From: Chrysomallon squamiferum
Taxonomy: Eukaryota > Animalia > Mollusca
DNA length: 64,000 nt
NCBI GenBank assembly: GCA_012295275.1
Contig: CM022668.1
Span: 3,472,001-3,536,000, forward strand
Direction of reading: 5' to 3'
Of the stretch, positions 42,392 through 54,660 are shown piece by piece (the first letter of the stretch is position 1; the number at the start of each line of letters is the position of its first letter). Both the position numbers and the translations under genes were made by a program. The notes under the pieces were generated by a model. That model saw only the letters and a program-made list of their open reading frames with translations. It searched no databases and was not told the origin of the DNA.

Positions 42392-45226
42392 AATTGTTTA
42401 TAAAAGTTAACACTAGTGAATACAACAAACGAATTAATGATTTCATACAGTGACAAATGGTCTACAGCAGGGACCTCTACCCCACCCTAGGATCCGCTCC
42501 TGTGACCGGTATTGAACTACGATTGTTTACTTTTGAAAAGTATTTGAGAAAGGTACTTGTCCTGGCAGGACAAACCAAACATCAGTGAGGGAAAGCATTA
42601 ACTCATCTGCCACGCTGTTAAAGTAGACCAAAGTAAATTAGATACGTATTCATTCGTCCATTGTAGTATTTTTCCGGCAACAGAATAATAAGGGAATCAA
42701 ATATTTCGCAGTGTCAAGGGGACGAATCTGATGAATTGCCGACCAGCTCCATCAGAGTCAGTTTCAGTTAATTTGTCAGACGTCTACGACTAAGTAGTTT
42801 TGTGGGTGAACTAGGAAATGTTTCATAGCAATGTTTCCTAATCACTTCACATGTCACGTATAACCTGGTGTAATATCCAGCTTGACTTTTCACAAATCCA
42901 ACCTAGATTCACGTTCCTCAACATTAACTTGAGTACAGGGAAAATCTAATTACAGTATATTCGCAGCTGTTTTATAAGAATATAGCTCTAAAATGTTTCG
43001 GTCATTATGAGCAGCGTGTAAATAAGGAGCAGTGTATGCTGTTGTAAAACTGAGATTTGTAAAGAGCCCTATACTGTATTTCGTATAGTTCCTTGCGAAG
43101 TGTTAAAATATTTCAAGACAGTTTTACTCTACTTTCCTTCTGACCTTGACGCGGTAAAAAGTCACTGGCTGTTGCTTTCTCAGCAGGGCAGAGTATGAGA
43201 TAGGGGCAATAAATCAGATATATAATAGTGTACATGGAGAAAAGTGTGTGTGTATTTTTTGTGAATGCTGCCTAATAGTTTATGTCTAGCGCACATAATG
43301 TATTTCTACCTAATGTGTTTCAAATTTCCTTGTAGTGTATATCAAATATTACCGTAGCTTACTTATAACTTAAATGCAGCATATTTCTAACATTCTGTAA
43401 ACGTATATGTAGATGAAAATAATAATTTTTGCCTGGTTTGAGCACATTAAAGTATTTCTTCATGATCGCCGAAAATGGCGCCGAACTCCCCTGGCGCTCA
43501 ACATCGGTAATCCACCGTCCCAATATTACAATAGTTTCAGCAGTCCTTATCTTATATATATATATATATATATATATTCCATTTGCATATCTGCAGCAAA
43601 ATAGCATTAACCTATAACTTGCATACACACTATTGGAATAATATTTTCATTTAGCACACTTGCATAATTTAGAACATTTGTGAAATTTGTGATAGACGTA
43701 AGGAGACTGTAATAGACGTGACTACTTGACTAGTTATCTTATGATGCTGAGATGCTTTCTCAAAGCACTGATTAGCTGATACAGAATAATTTTAGCAAAC
43801 ACTTTCCACAGAAGTTTCAACAGGAGATTCTTTCATTCAGTTCTGTTGCGTATCGATTCAGACAGTCAATGGATACTACTATTTGTTCATGATAAATAAA
43901 TACACTTCATATTTCATCATCATCATCATAATCATTAGCACCATCATCATCATAACCATGATCGTCGCTGTACCATTATCTTCATTACTTTTAGCATAAT
44001 CTGTTTTATTATTTTTGCCATTATTCTCATTGTCGTCATCCTTATTATATTATTTATAACACAGAATGTGGAAGGGACTGTCCTGTGCTGCTTCTGGTAC
44101 AGATCCCGCTCGGCCAGAGCTCCACACGTTATTTATCAAAGACGTTTCTCACCGCTGATGGAACGGGAGTATATTTGTTGTTTTGTTTCTCTTTGTCATA
44201 TCATTATATACAATCCATAAGTCTGATCACGTGAAATGTGCTGAGATGAAATTAATCATCATCATCATCTTCGTAATACTTTGTTTAAACAATCGCAAGC
44301 AATTAACTATTCTTGACTTCATTTTGATTTAAATTACAGACATTAAGATATATATATATATATATACAAGATATTGACATTATTTTCTTTAAAATGTTTT
44401 ATCATAATTTATATTCGCATTCAGCCCGTGTTCAGAATTACTATTTCTCCCGTTCCACACTAAGCAGCAGCGTGAAAAAGGAGAAAAATGTTCAAGTATA
44501 AACAGCTAGTTTAGTAAAATGATGGATTCAGATATGTTTTAATTTATTTTCGGTGAAAGTAGACTACCCCAACCTGTGGGAGTCCTTACTGATACGATTT
44601 GTAAGGGAGAGGGTTTTTCTAGACATGAATATCCATTGTAAGTCATGCATGGCTGGAGTATGTAATCAAATAACGCAGTACTGAATTTCATGCAGTTCTC
44701 TGTAACACTGTGAACATTCACAAACGAATCTCCAGATTCAGTGTCATGAAATTTAACAAATTAGACTAGATTCGTCATTGAAAACCCAGGAAAATGTGTT
44801 TGAATCTTAACCCAAATCAGCTGAACAAACACTGGTATCTCATACTCATTTTCATGTTTATTAATTTATAAGTATCTGCAGATTAGTATATACAATCAAT
44901 AAAATAATAGAAATAAGAAAATAAATATATCAAAGATAGTTTTGTTATCTAAACTAATTATTTTTTCTTTATATTTAATCAATAATGGATGTCTAATTCA
45001 CATATTACAATGTCTGTACTATCTGCACTACATAACATATTTACAAATATCTACATAACATATTTGTTGAATAGTCCGGTTGCCAAACCCCAGATTTTTG
45101 GAGAACCTTGCAATACAGTCCGTACAAAGTTTTTTTTTGCTGTTTCTATACCTCCGAGATGTGCTCTTTAAGAATCTGAATGATGCCACTCTGTCATCCT
45201 TGGGCAATCCGCACAATATGCAAATT

Positions 45227-45700
45227 AAGGCCGCCATTACTGAAAATCTTGTTTTCGTCAATATCTCAGTAACTATGCATGGTATCAAAATAATTTAGGT
45301 GTCTATCCCCATGTTTTGAGGGGTAAAGAATCAGATTAAACCATTACAGTATTGATCACACCAATATTTTGTGCTGAATAGGCATATTAAGGCAGCCATT
45401 ACTGAAAATCTCGTTTTCGTCAATATCTCAGTAACTACACATGGTATCAAAATAATTTTGGTGTCTATAGACATGTTTTTAGGGGTAAAGAATCAGATTA
45501 AACCATTACAGTATTGATCACACCAATATTTTGTGCTGAATAGGCATATTAAGGCAGCCATTACTGAAAATCTCGTTTTCGTCAATATCTCAGTAACTAC
45601 ACATGGTATCAAAATAATTTTGGTGTCTATAGACCTGTTTTTAGGGGTAAAGAATCAGATTAAACCATTACAGTATTGATCACACCAATATTTTCTGCAA
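45227..45700 (+). repeat. 162-bp subterminal tandem repeat, ~3 copies (left arm of Academ element)
   Basis: Unit starts AAGG(C/A)GCCATTACTGAAAATC at 45227, 45389 and 45551. Confidence 0.95.
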
Positions 45701-45791
45701 AATATGCAAAAATCAACTTCAGTGTATATCCGAGTCGTTACAGAACATCCCCTTTACTTATGCTGATGCATGTTGCCATTACTGATTTGAC

Positions 45792-48020
45792 TCAGTCCTC
45801 AAACAAGTCACTTTCAACAACACTGTCACAGTCATCAACCCGTCGGATGTGCTCATTCCGGCAGTGTGCTTCTCCGTGACATCCACAAAACATTGTGCAT
45901 GGCAAGTGAGCTGTATAGCATCCACACATTGCTGTCGAACAGGGGGTATCCGTAGCACAACCACACCTTATCATTTCCAGCACCTCCAGTGGAGCAACAC
46001 TAATGTTTGGTTGCAATGTTACTGGGATCAAGCATCTAGTGCGTTCATCACGTTCCCATCCGAACTCGACAGGATTTAATGCTGGAGGTTCTGAGTTGAG
46101 AGCTGATTTCCAAATGGCAGTCTGAATGTGCGCCCGCTTTACGTTCTCTTCGAATGCCTCTTTACAAGGTGGAAGTGACTTAAGCTCTGGATCCTTTGTC
46201 AAATTTTTTTACCCATCCTTCGCGACCAGACTTCTCCACGACCTCAGACATGTTCGATGTCACCAAGCTTTTGACCCCGTAGCAGGCAGCCATGAATGTT
46301 GTCGTTTCTTCAATGATGTCACCTATGTCCTCAGATAATATGCCCAATTTGAGCAGTTCTACACCACTCTTAAGGACTTTGATAACGGTGCTTTTTCGTA
46401 CTCCGAAGCACTGAGCCACAGTGTCACAGCCTGAGAGGGCATGGGTGGCTGGCAGTTGTGAAAGCAAGTGTCTATGTTCACTTGCAGTTGCCCCAGTGTC
46501 TATAGTAGTTCGTTCAGCACTTGGTCCTTCCATTGTAAGACGACAGGTCAGGTTCAACTTTGCGTAGAAGTGCAGCAGGAGGATAAAAACGTCTGTGTCC
46601 TCACATACGATGTTGATTCTTTTCACGCCACTTTCAGCTGCCATAACCATCTGCTGTATGATTATTACATCCGCTTCTTCATGGCAAGTCATGAGATCTT
46701 CCCTACGGAAGACAATGCCATCCTGAATTACAACTGGTACAGAGTCAGTAGAGGTAATGACCAGACTGTGTTCATTCGGCTCGTCCTGTGCTTTCTGGAT
46801 CAAATTCTGACATATCAGATCTGTGACCTGTATCTTATTCTCAGTTACTGTAAGGACAACGTTCTGGGGTGGCAACTGAGTATGTAACTGCAGTTTGTGT
46901 CGTCGGCTCGCTTCGTCACCAGCTCGAGCTGCCCGCGTTCCACTTTTAATGCTGAAGTCGACGTAGCGATCAAAGATCAGGTTTGTGTCCTGGCTTGCCA
47001 CCCTTTTCATCACATTCCTCGTGAAGCCGTTGGCAAAATCTGCCACAGTTCCTTGATTAGGCCAGTTTATAACCCTGAGGATAGCACAGCCATCCAGTAT
47101 TTCTACCTCTGATTTCTCAACCAAACGCTGGGCCACAGTCACCTGCAGATTCTTCTTCAGCGTTGATTTCGTAGTTGCGATTCTCATTTTGCCTTCATCA
47201 TCAAACACTGAGGTAGGCACGGGTGACAGTTCATGCGTAAGGACAGTTTTGATATCAATGTCTCGAGACTGTTGCAACCCTAGTACCCGCGAGTAGATGA
47301 GATTCGTGTCATACACATTATTGTTCCCAACCTTACTGCCTTTCTCTTCACTGCCATGGTCACAACCAACTTGGATAAGGATGCATTAAATCTGCCAGGC
47401 CAGCTCTTTTCAAATGACACAAGTTGGCCGTTCCCAATATCCACTGCATCATGTGCGTTCACCGTTTCAGGTGCAATCCGACCAGTAACGACATTGATCA
47501 AACCAGCTGGATCGAGGGGATCGGTGCAAGTCAGAAGTTTATCTTGTATATTGTCCCTGTCCTTGGCATCCGAAGTGATGCATAATGGCTTCTCTTCTTT
47601 ATGACTCGTCACCTCCCTCTCTCCACTGTCATCGGACATGTCCGCGATATCTTGAACAATCATGCTGCAGGTGTGCATACTGTATGCCCATCGTTTTAGG
47701 GTTTCAGGTTTCAGGCTTCAGGTTTATGCCTATGATTCCATTTGGACCATGCCCGTAACGCATGAAGGTTGTCTCTATCCACATGTCGGACCAGATCCCG
47801 TTCCACAGTCCCGGCTTGTGACGCATGGTGTGTTCACCTCTCATGAAGCTCTGAAGCACTTCAGGTGGGAGACGCTTCATTGTACTCAGGTAGTACAACC
47901 CGTATCTCGCGTAGTTGAAGTGAGCAGAGGCAAAAAAGTTTGGCATCATTTGCTCTACTGCCCAGAGGTGGAGTGGCCAGTCTGCCTCTCGTTCCGTCCG
48001 CACGAAGACATCATGATGAA
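45792..48020 (-). pseudogene. 5'-truncated, frameshifted Academ transposase-XPG-CXC gene
   Basis: Four ORF-track segments chain together. Transposase C-terminal region: FVRTEREADWPLHL...HFNYARYG...WSDMWIETTFMR. FEN1/XPG-type acidic and H3TH motifs: HELSPVPTSVFD, ILDG, FDRY, HEEAD, DTDV, SGCDT. Then LPP...RAHIQTAIW and a terminal 9-Cys CXC-like finger, with the stop at 45792. Lesions include a 7-bp duplication (CCTGAAA on minus) at ~47705 and 1-nt indels near 48010, 47330 and 46200-46245. Confidence 0.88.
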
Positions 48021-48169
48021 GACGGGTTGATGACTGTGACAGTGTTGTTGAAAGTGACTTGTTTGAGGACTGAGTCAAATCAGTAATGGCAACACGCATC
48101 AGCATACGTAAAGGGGATGTTCTGTAACGACTCGGATATACACTGAAGTTGATTTTTGCATATTTTGCA

Positions 48170-48476
48170 GAAAATATTGGTGTGATCAATACTGTAATGG
48201 TTTAATCTGATTCTTTACCCCTAAAAACATGTCTATAGACACCAAAATTATTTTGATACCATGTGTAGTTACTGAGATATTGACGAAAACGAGATTTTCA
48301 GTAATGGCTGCCTTAATATGCCTATTCAGCACAAAATATTGGTGTGATCTTGACTGAAATGGCTTAATCTGATTCTTTACCCCTTAAAACACGGGGATAG
48401 ACACCAAAATTATTTTGATACCATGCATAGTTACTGAGATATTGACGAAAACAAGATTTTCAGTAATGGCGGCCTT
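48170..48476 (-). repeat. 162-bp subterminal repeat, 2 copies inverted (right arm of Academ element)
   Basis: Unit ends GCCTT at 48310-14 and 48472-76; reverse complement of the left-arm unit. Confidence 0.93.
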
Positions 48477-48767
48477 AATTTGCATATTGTGCGGATTGCC
48501 CAAGGATGACAGAGTGGCATCATTCAGATTCTTAAAGAGCACATCTCAGAGGTATAGAAACAGCAAAAACACTTTGTACGGACCGCAATGCACGCTTATC
48601 TGTCCCTGCCACCGGACTAGAAGCGCAGGAGCTGAGTCCTCGTTACACTTAAAAAATCACTTCTTCTAATTCTACTCGCAAATAATTTGTTTTTATGTTT
48701 TCTCAGTCATATCGGTCTATTATTATTATTGTTGTTATTGTTATCGTCGTTGTCGTCGTTGTTGTTG

Positions 48768-48802
<35 letters not shown>

Positions 48803-51518
48803 GGCCTTTGTATTAATTATACTTGAACAGTCAGACTGACATAATGTGTTTTAACCACACTGGACTAACTGTCGTCACTGAAACAAATGTTTTCTTTCTA
48901 AACGTCTTTCGTAAAACGGAATTAAGTCAGTGAAGAAAAAACGTCTTCCTTTTCTTCTTGTTTTTGCTTTTGTAGTTCGTAACAACAACGTAAATCAAAA
49001 TATGAGACAATTCGGTCAGTGCACTAAAGCACAGGAGCGTTGCGTGATAACTGGTCACGTGATTGTTTCAGTAGTTCAGACAGTAACATTCCATTCTGTA
49101 ATAATTTTGTGTAGTTGTTTTGCGGTCTTGCATGTTTTGGTCTTCATACTAGTTCATCTAGCATTGTAAGATGTATAGAAATTTCAAACCAGTAATATGT
49201 ATTTTATATTACACGTATATTCAATTGTAGATGTTAAATAACATCTTTTGTTATATACATCATACACATTACAATGTATTTTAGAAAAATTTAGACAAAT
49301 CTGAAATAATATATTTTAGCAAACTCTTCGAAAATGTTAAATACATGTTAAATTCTGTTTTAGTTTACTAGAGACGAGTGTTAAACACATTTTTAAATAC
49401 TGTGTTTTAGTTTACTTGAGACAAATGTTAAATACACGATAAATTTAGATTCCAGTGTTAAATAATGTATTTAATCACACAGTTTCAAATATGCACGTAT
49501 CACACAGTCAATGCCAGTTAATCTTAATTTACGACTTTTTAAATCTGATTTCTATTGTAAGTTGACAGACTAAAGTACTCTACGTTTAAACGAAATCTTT
49601 CTCCAGTACGATTTGGCAATCTGCCTTGCACGCATACAGGTAAAATGTAGTAACGTTTACCTCTGTTTTCTTACAAATGCATTCTTATCTCTGTCTAATG
49701 ATGTTCCAGGTGACCAATTTTCATGACACATTATCTGTCAGGAACAAAAGGGAACAGAGCCGTCGTTGACAAGGGAGTAACACGACAGTAAAAAGCACAG
49801 CACACCACCCCTAATTAAATACGCATTTATAAAACGTCTTTGATTCACGTTATTTGATACCAACCGTGTCTTTCACGGATGGCTTTAAGAATCAAGAAAA
49901 TCTGAGGATTATAATCTGTGATGTCTGATTAAATCTTGACATTCTAATCTAAATAAATATTTTTATTATTTATTGTTTTTTAATTAGTATATCTAAAATT
50001 AACTCTCAGGTTTTAATAGTTATATATTAGATATTCTTTCTAAAATCAGTTATTTATTTTGAACGTGCCTACATCTATTCAAAGTTCAGAAACGTCGTGG
50101 TCAGGCGGGTTTGTCGACATTTAAGTGTTAGTGTGTCGGAGAGAAACCACATAAATATAAATTAAAATTTTGTTCAGTTCTTCTTTAAATAAAACATTTT
50201 CACCTCTTTATTTTCTTTAGTTAGATAGGGTGAAGAGAGGATTGACGAGGCAAACTTGTAGGTGTTTAGAACGTCCCTGATAGAAATGGTCAGTTAATAT
50301 ATTTTCTGCCGGTATCTAAATTTCTGTTTGTTTTTACAAAATATTCAGTAAAATCTTCATCTGGTACCACTTTTTACACTGTTTAATGAGACGGACTGCT
50401 ATATACCATCTACGTGTTTCGTGAATGTATTTATACATAAACAAAATTACTGGAATATTAACTCTACCAGAACGCTGTGCTTTCTTGTTTGTGGGAAAGT
50501 AGATACAATGTTTATCTTGCTGCTATTCAGTTATTATAACACGCAGAACAGCGACAGACGTTTTCTCATCATTATAAAATTTATTCATAAAATCATTTGT
50601 TAAACATTCATACATTCTTTCATTCAGCAATAACAAAATAATGTTTTAACACACAATTCGCACATCACGTGACTATTCTTAAGTAATTATTTCTTATCTA
50701 AATAAACAGTTAATTATACAGCGACATCGTCGACTGTCAGACAAACAATTTATCAACGTCTTAACGTATGTGCGTCACATAACACGCACATTAAACCAGA
50801 CACCAACTACATCAGTCGTTCGTTATTACGAATTACGAAAGAGTTTGAAGTTGAATAATTTACGAATCAGACAATAAAATAAATTATAAAATATGTAACA
50901 GAAGACTCGTACAACATGCTAAAACGAAAAAGAGGTTTTTGGCTTGGCAAGTTTTACATCCAGATTATATATGGCTATACTGATCTTTTTATCACTAGTA
51001 GTAATATCGCAAACATATATATTACATAAAGTATATGAAGGCCTTTTTGTTCAAATCAGTCAAATGGTTAATATTTAATTCCGAACAAATCTCGACATAT
51101 TGCGTAATACAATATATTTTTCTTGCTTTAATGTACCTACCTGAATATAATAGCCTGTGTGAGTAAATTATATTCTTTAAATCTAGGTGTGCCTACAAAA
51201 GAGCGCAATAAAATTTATATCAATGAAAGGAGTTTAATACCATATCGTATTTCTTTTTCTTTTTCTTTTTTTTTTTCTTCAGCTAGCCGACACAAGGTAA
51301 GGTTTCAAACGCAGATAGTTTCGGGTGAAATGTGAACTGTGTAATACAACTGTGCAATACAACACGAACCATCCCAGCTCCATAATGTGGAGCTGTTTCT
51401 TTGCAGGAGTTAAAAACACGCTTTCAACACGTTTATAATTTAGCAATAAATAAAGTGTGTGTATATATAAAATAAAAATAAAAAAGAAATCTGCGCACTC
51501 TTTTTAGGAGTAACACAG

Positions 51519-51521
<3 letters not shown>

Positions 51522-51616
<95 letters not shown>
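51522..51616. repeat. (CT)n microsatellite
   Basis: Direct reading. Confidence 0.96.
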
Positions 51617-51617
<1 letters not shown>

Positions 51618-52295
51618 TACCTCAGCAACTTCATGAAATTAAGTAAAACATTACAAATTCAGAATGTTTTTTTTGGGAAAACACATCATCGTTTACACTC
51701 AGTCAGAGCACATGCTCCTTTTACTCCTTGTCTGTGAATTTCAAACTGAATTCTGTTATCACGACAAGAAAACCAAGACTTGAGCCGACAGGGGAGTTAA
51801 TTTACAGTTTCAAAACGTTTGTTCATTTCATTTCCTTTTGAAAATTGTTGTAATTAGAATTCAGTTATGTTTCCTGCTGAACTAAGAGTTACTAACCACT
51901 CGAGGGAAATGTAGTCTTATTTGTAGTTCTGCAATACGTCGTCCTGATTAACTTATAAATATGCACCAGATGTGTCGAATTTTGACGTGACCTACATATC
52001 AATTAACTGCAGTTTAATATCTTCTTATGTTAAATCATCACAGCAATATTGCGAGTTTTTAAAAATATTTAGTTTAAAAAAAGAATGTATGTTTAAATAA
52101 AAAATCGATAAATAAATATAAAATACTACTACTACTAAATAAAACGAAATACTGAGGAAACCTATGTGTGTAAAAAGAATTGATTTATTAATATAATACA
52201 GTTAGGTCTTATCTAAAACAAATGCAATTTTTCTTGTTTATTTCACTTTCTCTCTTTCGCTGTCTTTTATTTTATCTCACTCTTAGTTTGTCTTC

Positions 52296-52297
<2 letters not shown>

Positions 52298-52363
<66 letters not shown>
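52298..52363. repeat. (CA)n microsatellite
   Basis: Direct reading. Confidence 0.96.
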
Positions 52364-52364
<1 letters not shown>

Positions 52365-53589
52365 TTGCAGTTCCTATGACATAATTCATTACAACAGTAC
52401 TTCCACTTGACGACATTAACGTGACAGGGAAGTTCAGCAATACTCGGCTGTAACAAATGTAACTTTCCTCTGACCTGCGGGTCTCGTCACGTGGTTGTGT
52501 TTCAGGGTGGAGTGCAGACAGAGTTTAGTTAATTGTGTGGAAAACAAATCATTGAATGTTCACCTACTAATTAAGGTTCTGTACTCGTGTTTGTTATCAG
52601 GTACAAGATTTACGCTTTGTAATTTGTCATTCAAGCCGTCTTAACTTTGCACACAGTAACATCAGGATGATAAATAAATAAATAAATAAATAAATAAAAG
52701 AAAAAGAAAGGAAAAATATTAATAAAATAAAAAAGAAAGTAAAAGCAAAACAAAACAAAAGTATACCTTATGTTACATGCTAATTATCATTTTTAATTTA
52801 TTTTCTGTTTTACTTTATTTGTGGGTATTTTTGTATGTCTGTATATCTGTCTCTGTCTGTCTGTCTGTCTGCCTGTCTGCCTGTCTGTATATATGCATAT
52901 ATGTCTGTAGTTAGGTAGGTAAATAGGTATGTACATATTTGCAGGTATGCTTTTCTATTTCTAGACTCCTTGTATATTTATGCACACGCATATATCTTGT
53001 ATTATTATTTTATTATTATTAACCAATCTATTTTAATTACAAAATATTTCATTTAAATTTCAAAACAGCTTTTAAAGACTTAAAATGAAAAGTTAAATTT
53101 TATACCGGGTGAAACGTTTTTTAAAATATTTTTTACTACCAACTAGGTGTTTCGTGTTAAGATTATGACCCGGACTTTCATAAATTATGCTGATTCAATG
53201 TTGACAACGTAGGTCAGCGCGTGACAGTGCGTGATTAATGCAGTTTTCAAACTCAGAACGAGGCAAACGTTCCTCGTAGCATTATTGTACTTAGCGTAGT
53301 TTGGAAATCAGCTGCAGAATAGTCCTTTGTGTCTGTTAGTATATCTGTGTTACCTGTTTGGCATTCAAAAAAATAATATTGATTAAATATTACCCTTTTC
53401 GGCTGTGTAATAATTTATGCTGAATACTGCACCTTTCTATATTTACCGTGTAATAAATATTTAATTAAACACTATTCTTTTGTGTGTATGTATGTATGTA
53501 TGTTTGTCTTTGCATGTATTTTAGGATTTGAATATTCTCTATCTTATGTACCTCTGATTAGACTCTGCACATAGCCAGTATTAGGAAAC

Positions 53590-53722
53590 GCGATGGTGCA
53601 GGAGGACAAAGTCCAATCACGACCTCACAAATCCTGTCATTTGCCGTTGACGAGTTTCGAACCTATGGCACCCATTCGCCCGCACTCAACTGACGATATT
53701 ACCGTTCGGCATGGATATAACC
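53590..53722 (-). mobile_element. tRNA-derived SINE head (Pol III A/B boxes), decayed
   Basis: Minus strand reads TGCCGAACGGT (A-box-like) ... GGTTCGAAACTC (B box; plus strand 53652-53663). No clean cloverleaf, so not called a tRNA. Confidence 0.5.
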
Positions 53723-54180
53723 TACGAAATTATTTATGTACTCATGTATATATGTATGTAGGTATGTCTGTATGTATGTATATATGTATTTATATATGTA
53801 TGTATGTATGTATGCATTTATTTTCTTTTATTCTTTTCTTCTGTATGCAATATCTTGAAAATAATTATGTTGTCTGAAAACAAAATTAAAAATATATTAA
53901 TATTTTCTCGTGCTATTGATAGAAAACAATGTTCATTTAACATTTTGGTTATAGTCAAAGCTTTGAATAAAAATATAGATTAACCGATCTTATTTGAAAT
54001 TGTTAGGAGTTTTGCCGCATTCAGTAAATCCTACAGAAAACACATTAACATGCATACGGTCTAAATATTCAGAAGGCCACGTTCAGAGTAAACTGGGCTG
54101 TTTTACAGGATTAAATATACAGAAAGCAAACAAGATAGGCAAGACAGACTGACGAAACGCTAACAGATGAAAAGTATAAT

Positions 54181-54660
54181 CCTGGTGCTTTAACTCACCA
54201 CATCGACGACGTTACGCCTGGTGCTTTAACTCACCACATCGACGACGTTACGCCTGGTGCTTTAACTCACCACATCGACGACGTTAAGCCTTGTCCTTTA
54301 ACTCACCACATCGACGACGTTAAGCCTTGTGCTTTAACTCACCACATCGACGACGTTAAGCCTTGTGCTTTTCAACATCGACGACGTTAAGCCTTGTGCT
54401 TTAACTCACCACATCGACGACGTTAAGCCTTGTCTTTAACTCACCACATCGACGACGTTACGCCTGGTGCTTTAACTCACCACATCGACGACGTTCTTTA
54501 ACTCACCACATCGACGACGTTAAGCTTTGTGCTTTAACTCACCACATCGACGATTATAAGCCTTTTGCTTTAACTCAAAATCGACGACGTTAAGCCTTAA
54601 ACTTTAACTTTAAAATAACATCGACGACGTTAAGCCTTGAATCTTTTTAACGCGACGATG
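54181..54660. repeat. CpG-rich 36-bp minisatellite, ~13-14 units (CCT(G/T)GTGCTTTAACTCACCACATCGACGACGTTA(C/A)G)
   Basis: Exact 36-bp spacing at 54181, 54217, 54253, 54289, 54325 and 54361; later units carry indels and decay rightwards. Confidence 0.97.

Larger units (their letters stand above)
45072..48619 (-). mobile_element. Academ superfamily DNA transposon (AcademX type), rearranged and non-autonomous, 3548 bp
   Basis: Termini TAGTCCGGT (45072) and ACCGGACTA (48619). 3-bp target-site duplication GAA at 45069-71 and 48620-22. Long inner inverted repeats at 45116-45844 and 48021-48585. Encoded remnants run transposase C-terminal part, XPG/FEN1-like nuclease, Cys-rich finger, which is the domain order described for AcademX. 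Confidence 0.88.

Noticed and set aside
42475-42502. Transposon-like terminus (reverse complement CAGGAGCGGATCCTAGGGTGGGG)
   Set aside because: No partner end or TSD found; too short to call.
45028-45879. ORFs MIPCIVTEIL... and MITPIFSAKY..., each appearing twice (also at 48415 and 48189)
   Set aside because: The duplication simply reflects the Academ inverted repeats. The N-terminal ~56 aa of ORF 47704-48189 is non-coding arm sequence fused by chance to the transposase frame.
45114-48587. Placing the Academ ends at CAGTCCG...CGGACCG with a TA or CAAT(A/G) TSD
   Set aside because: The outer TAGTCCGGT...ACCGGACTA ends give a perfect GAA duplication and symmetric termini, so the inner match is a subterminal repeat.
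53590-53722. tRNA gene
   Set aside because: A/B boxes are present but I could not build acceptor and anticodon stems; better explained as a SINE head.
54181-54660. CRISPR array (36-bp repeats)
   Set aside because: Units are directly adjacent with no unique spacers, there are no cas genes, and the context is eukaryotic.
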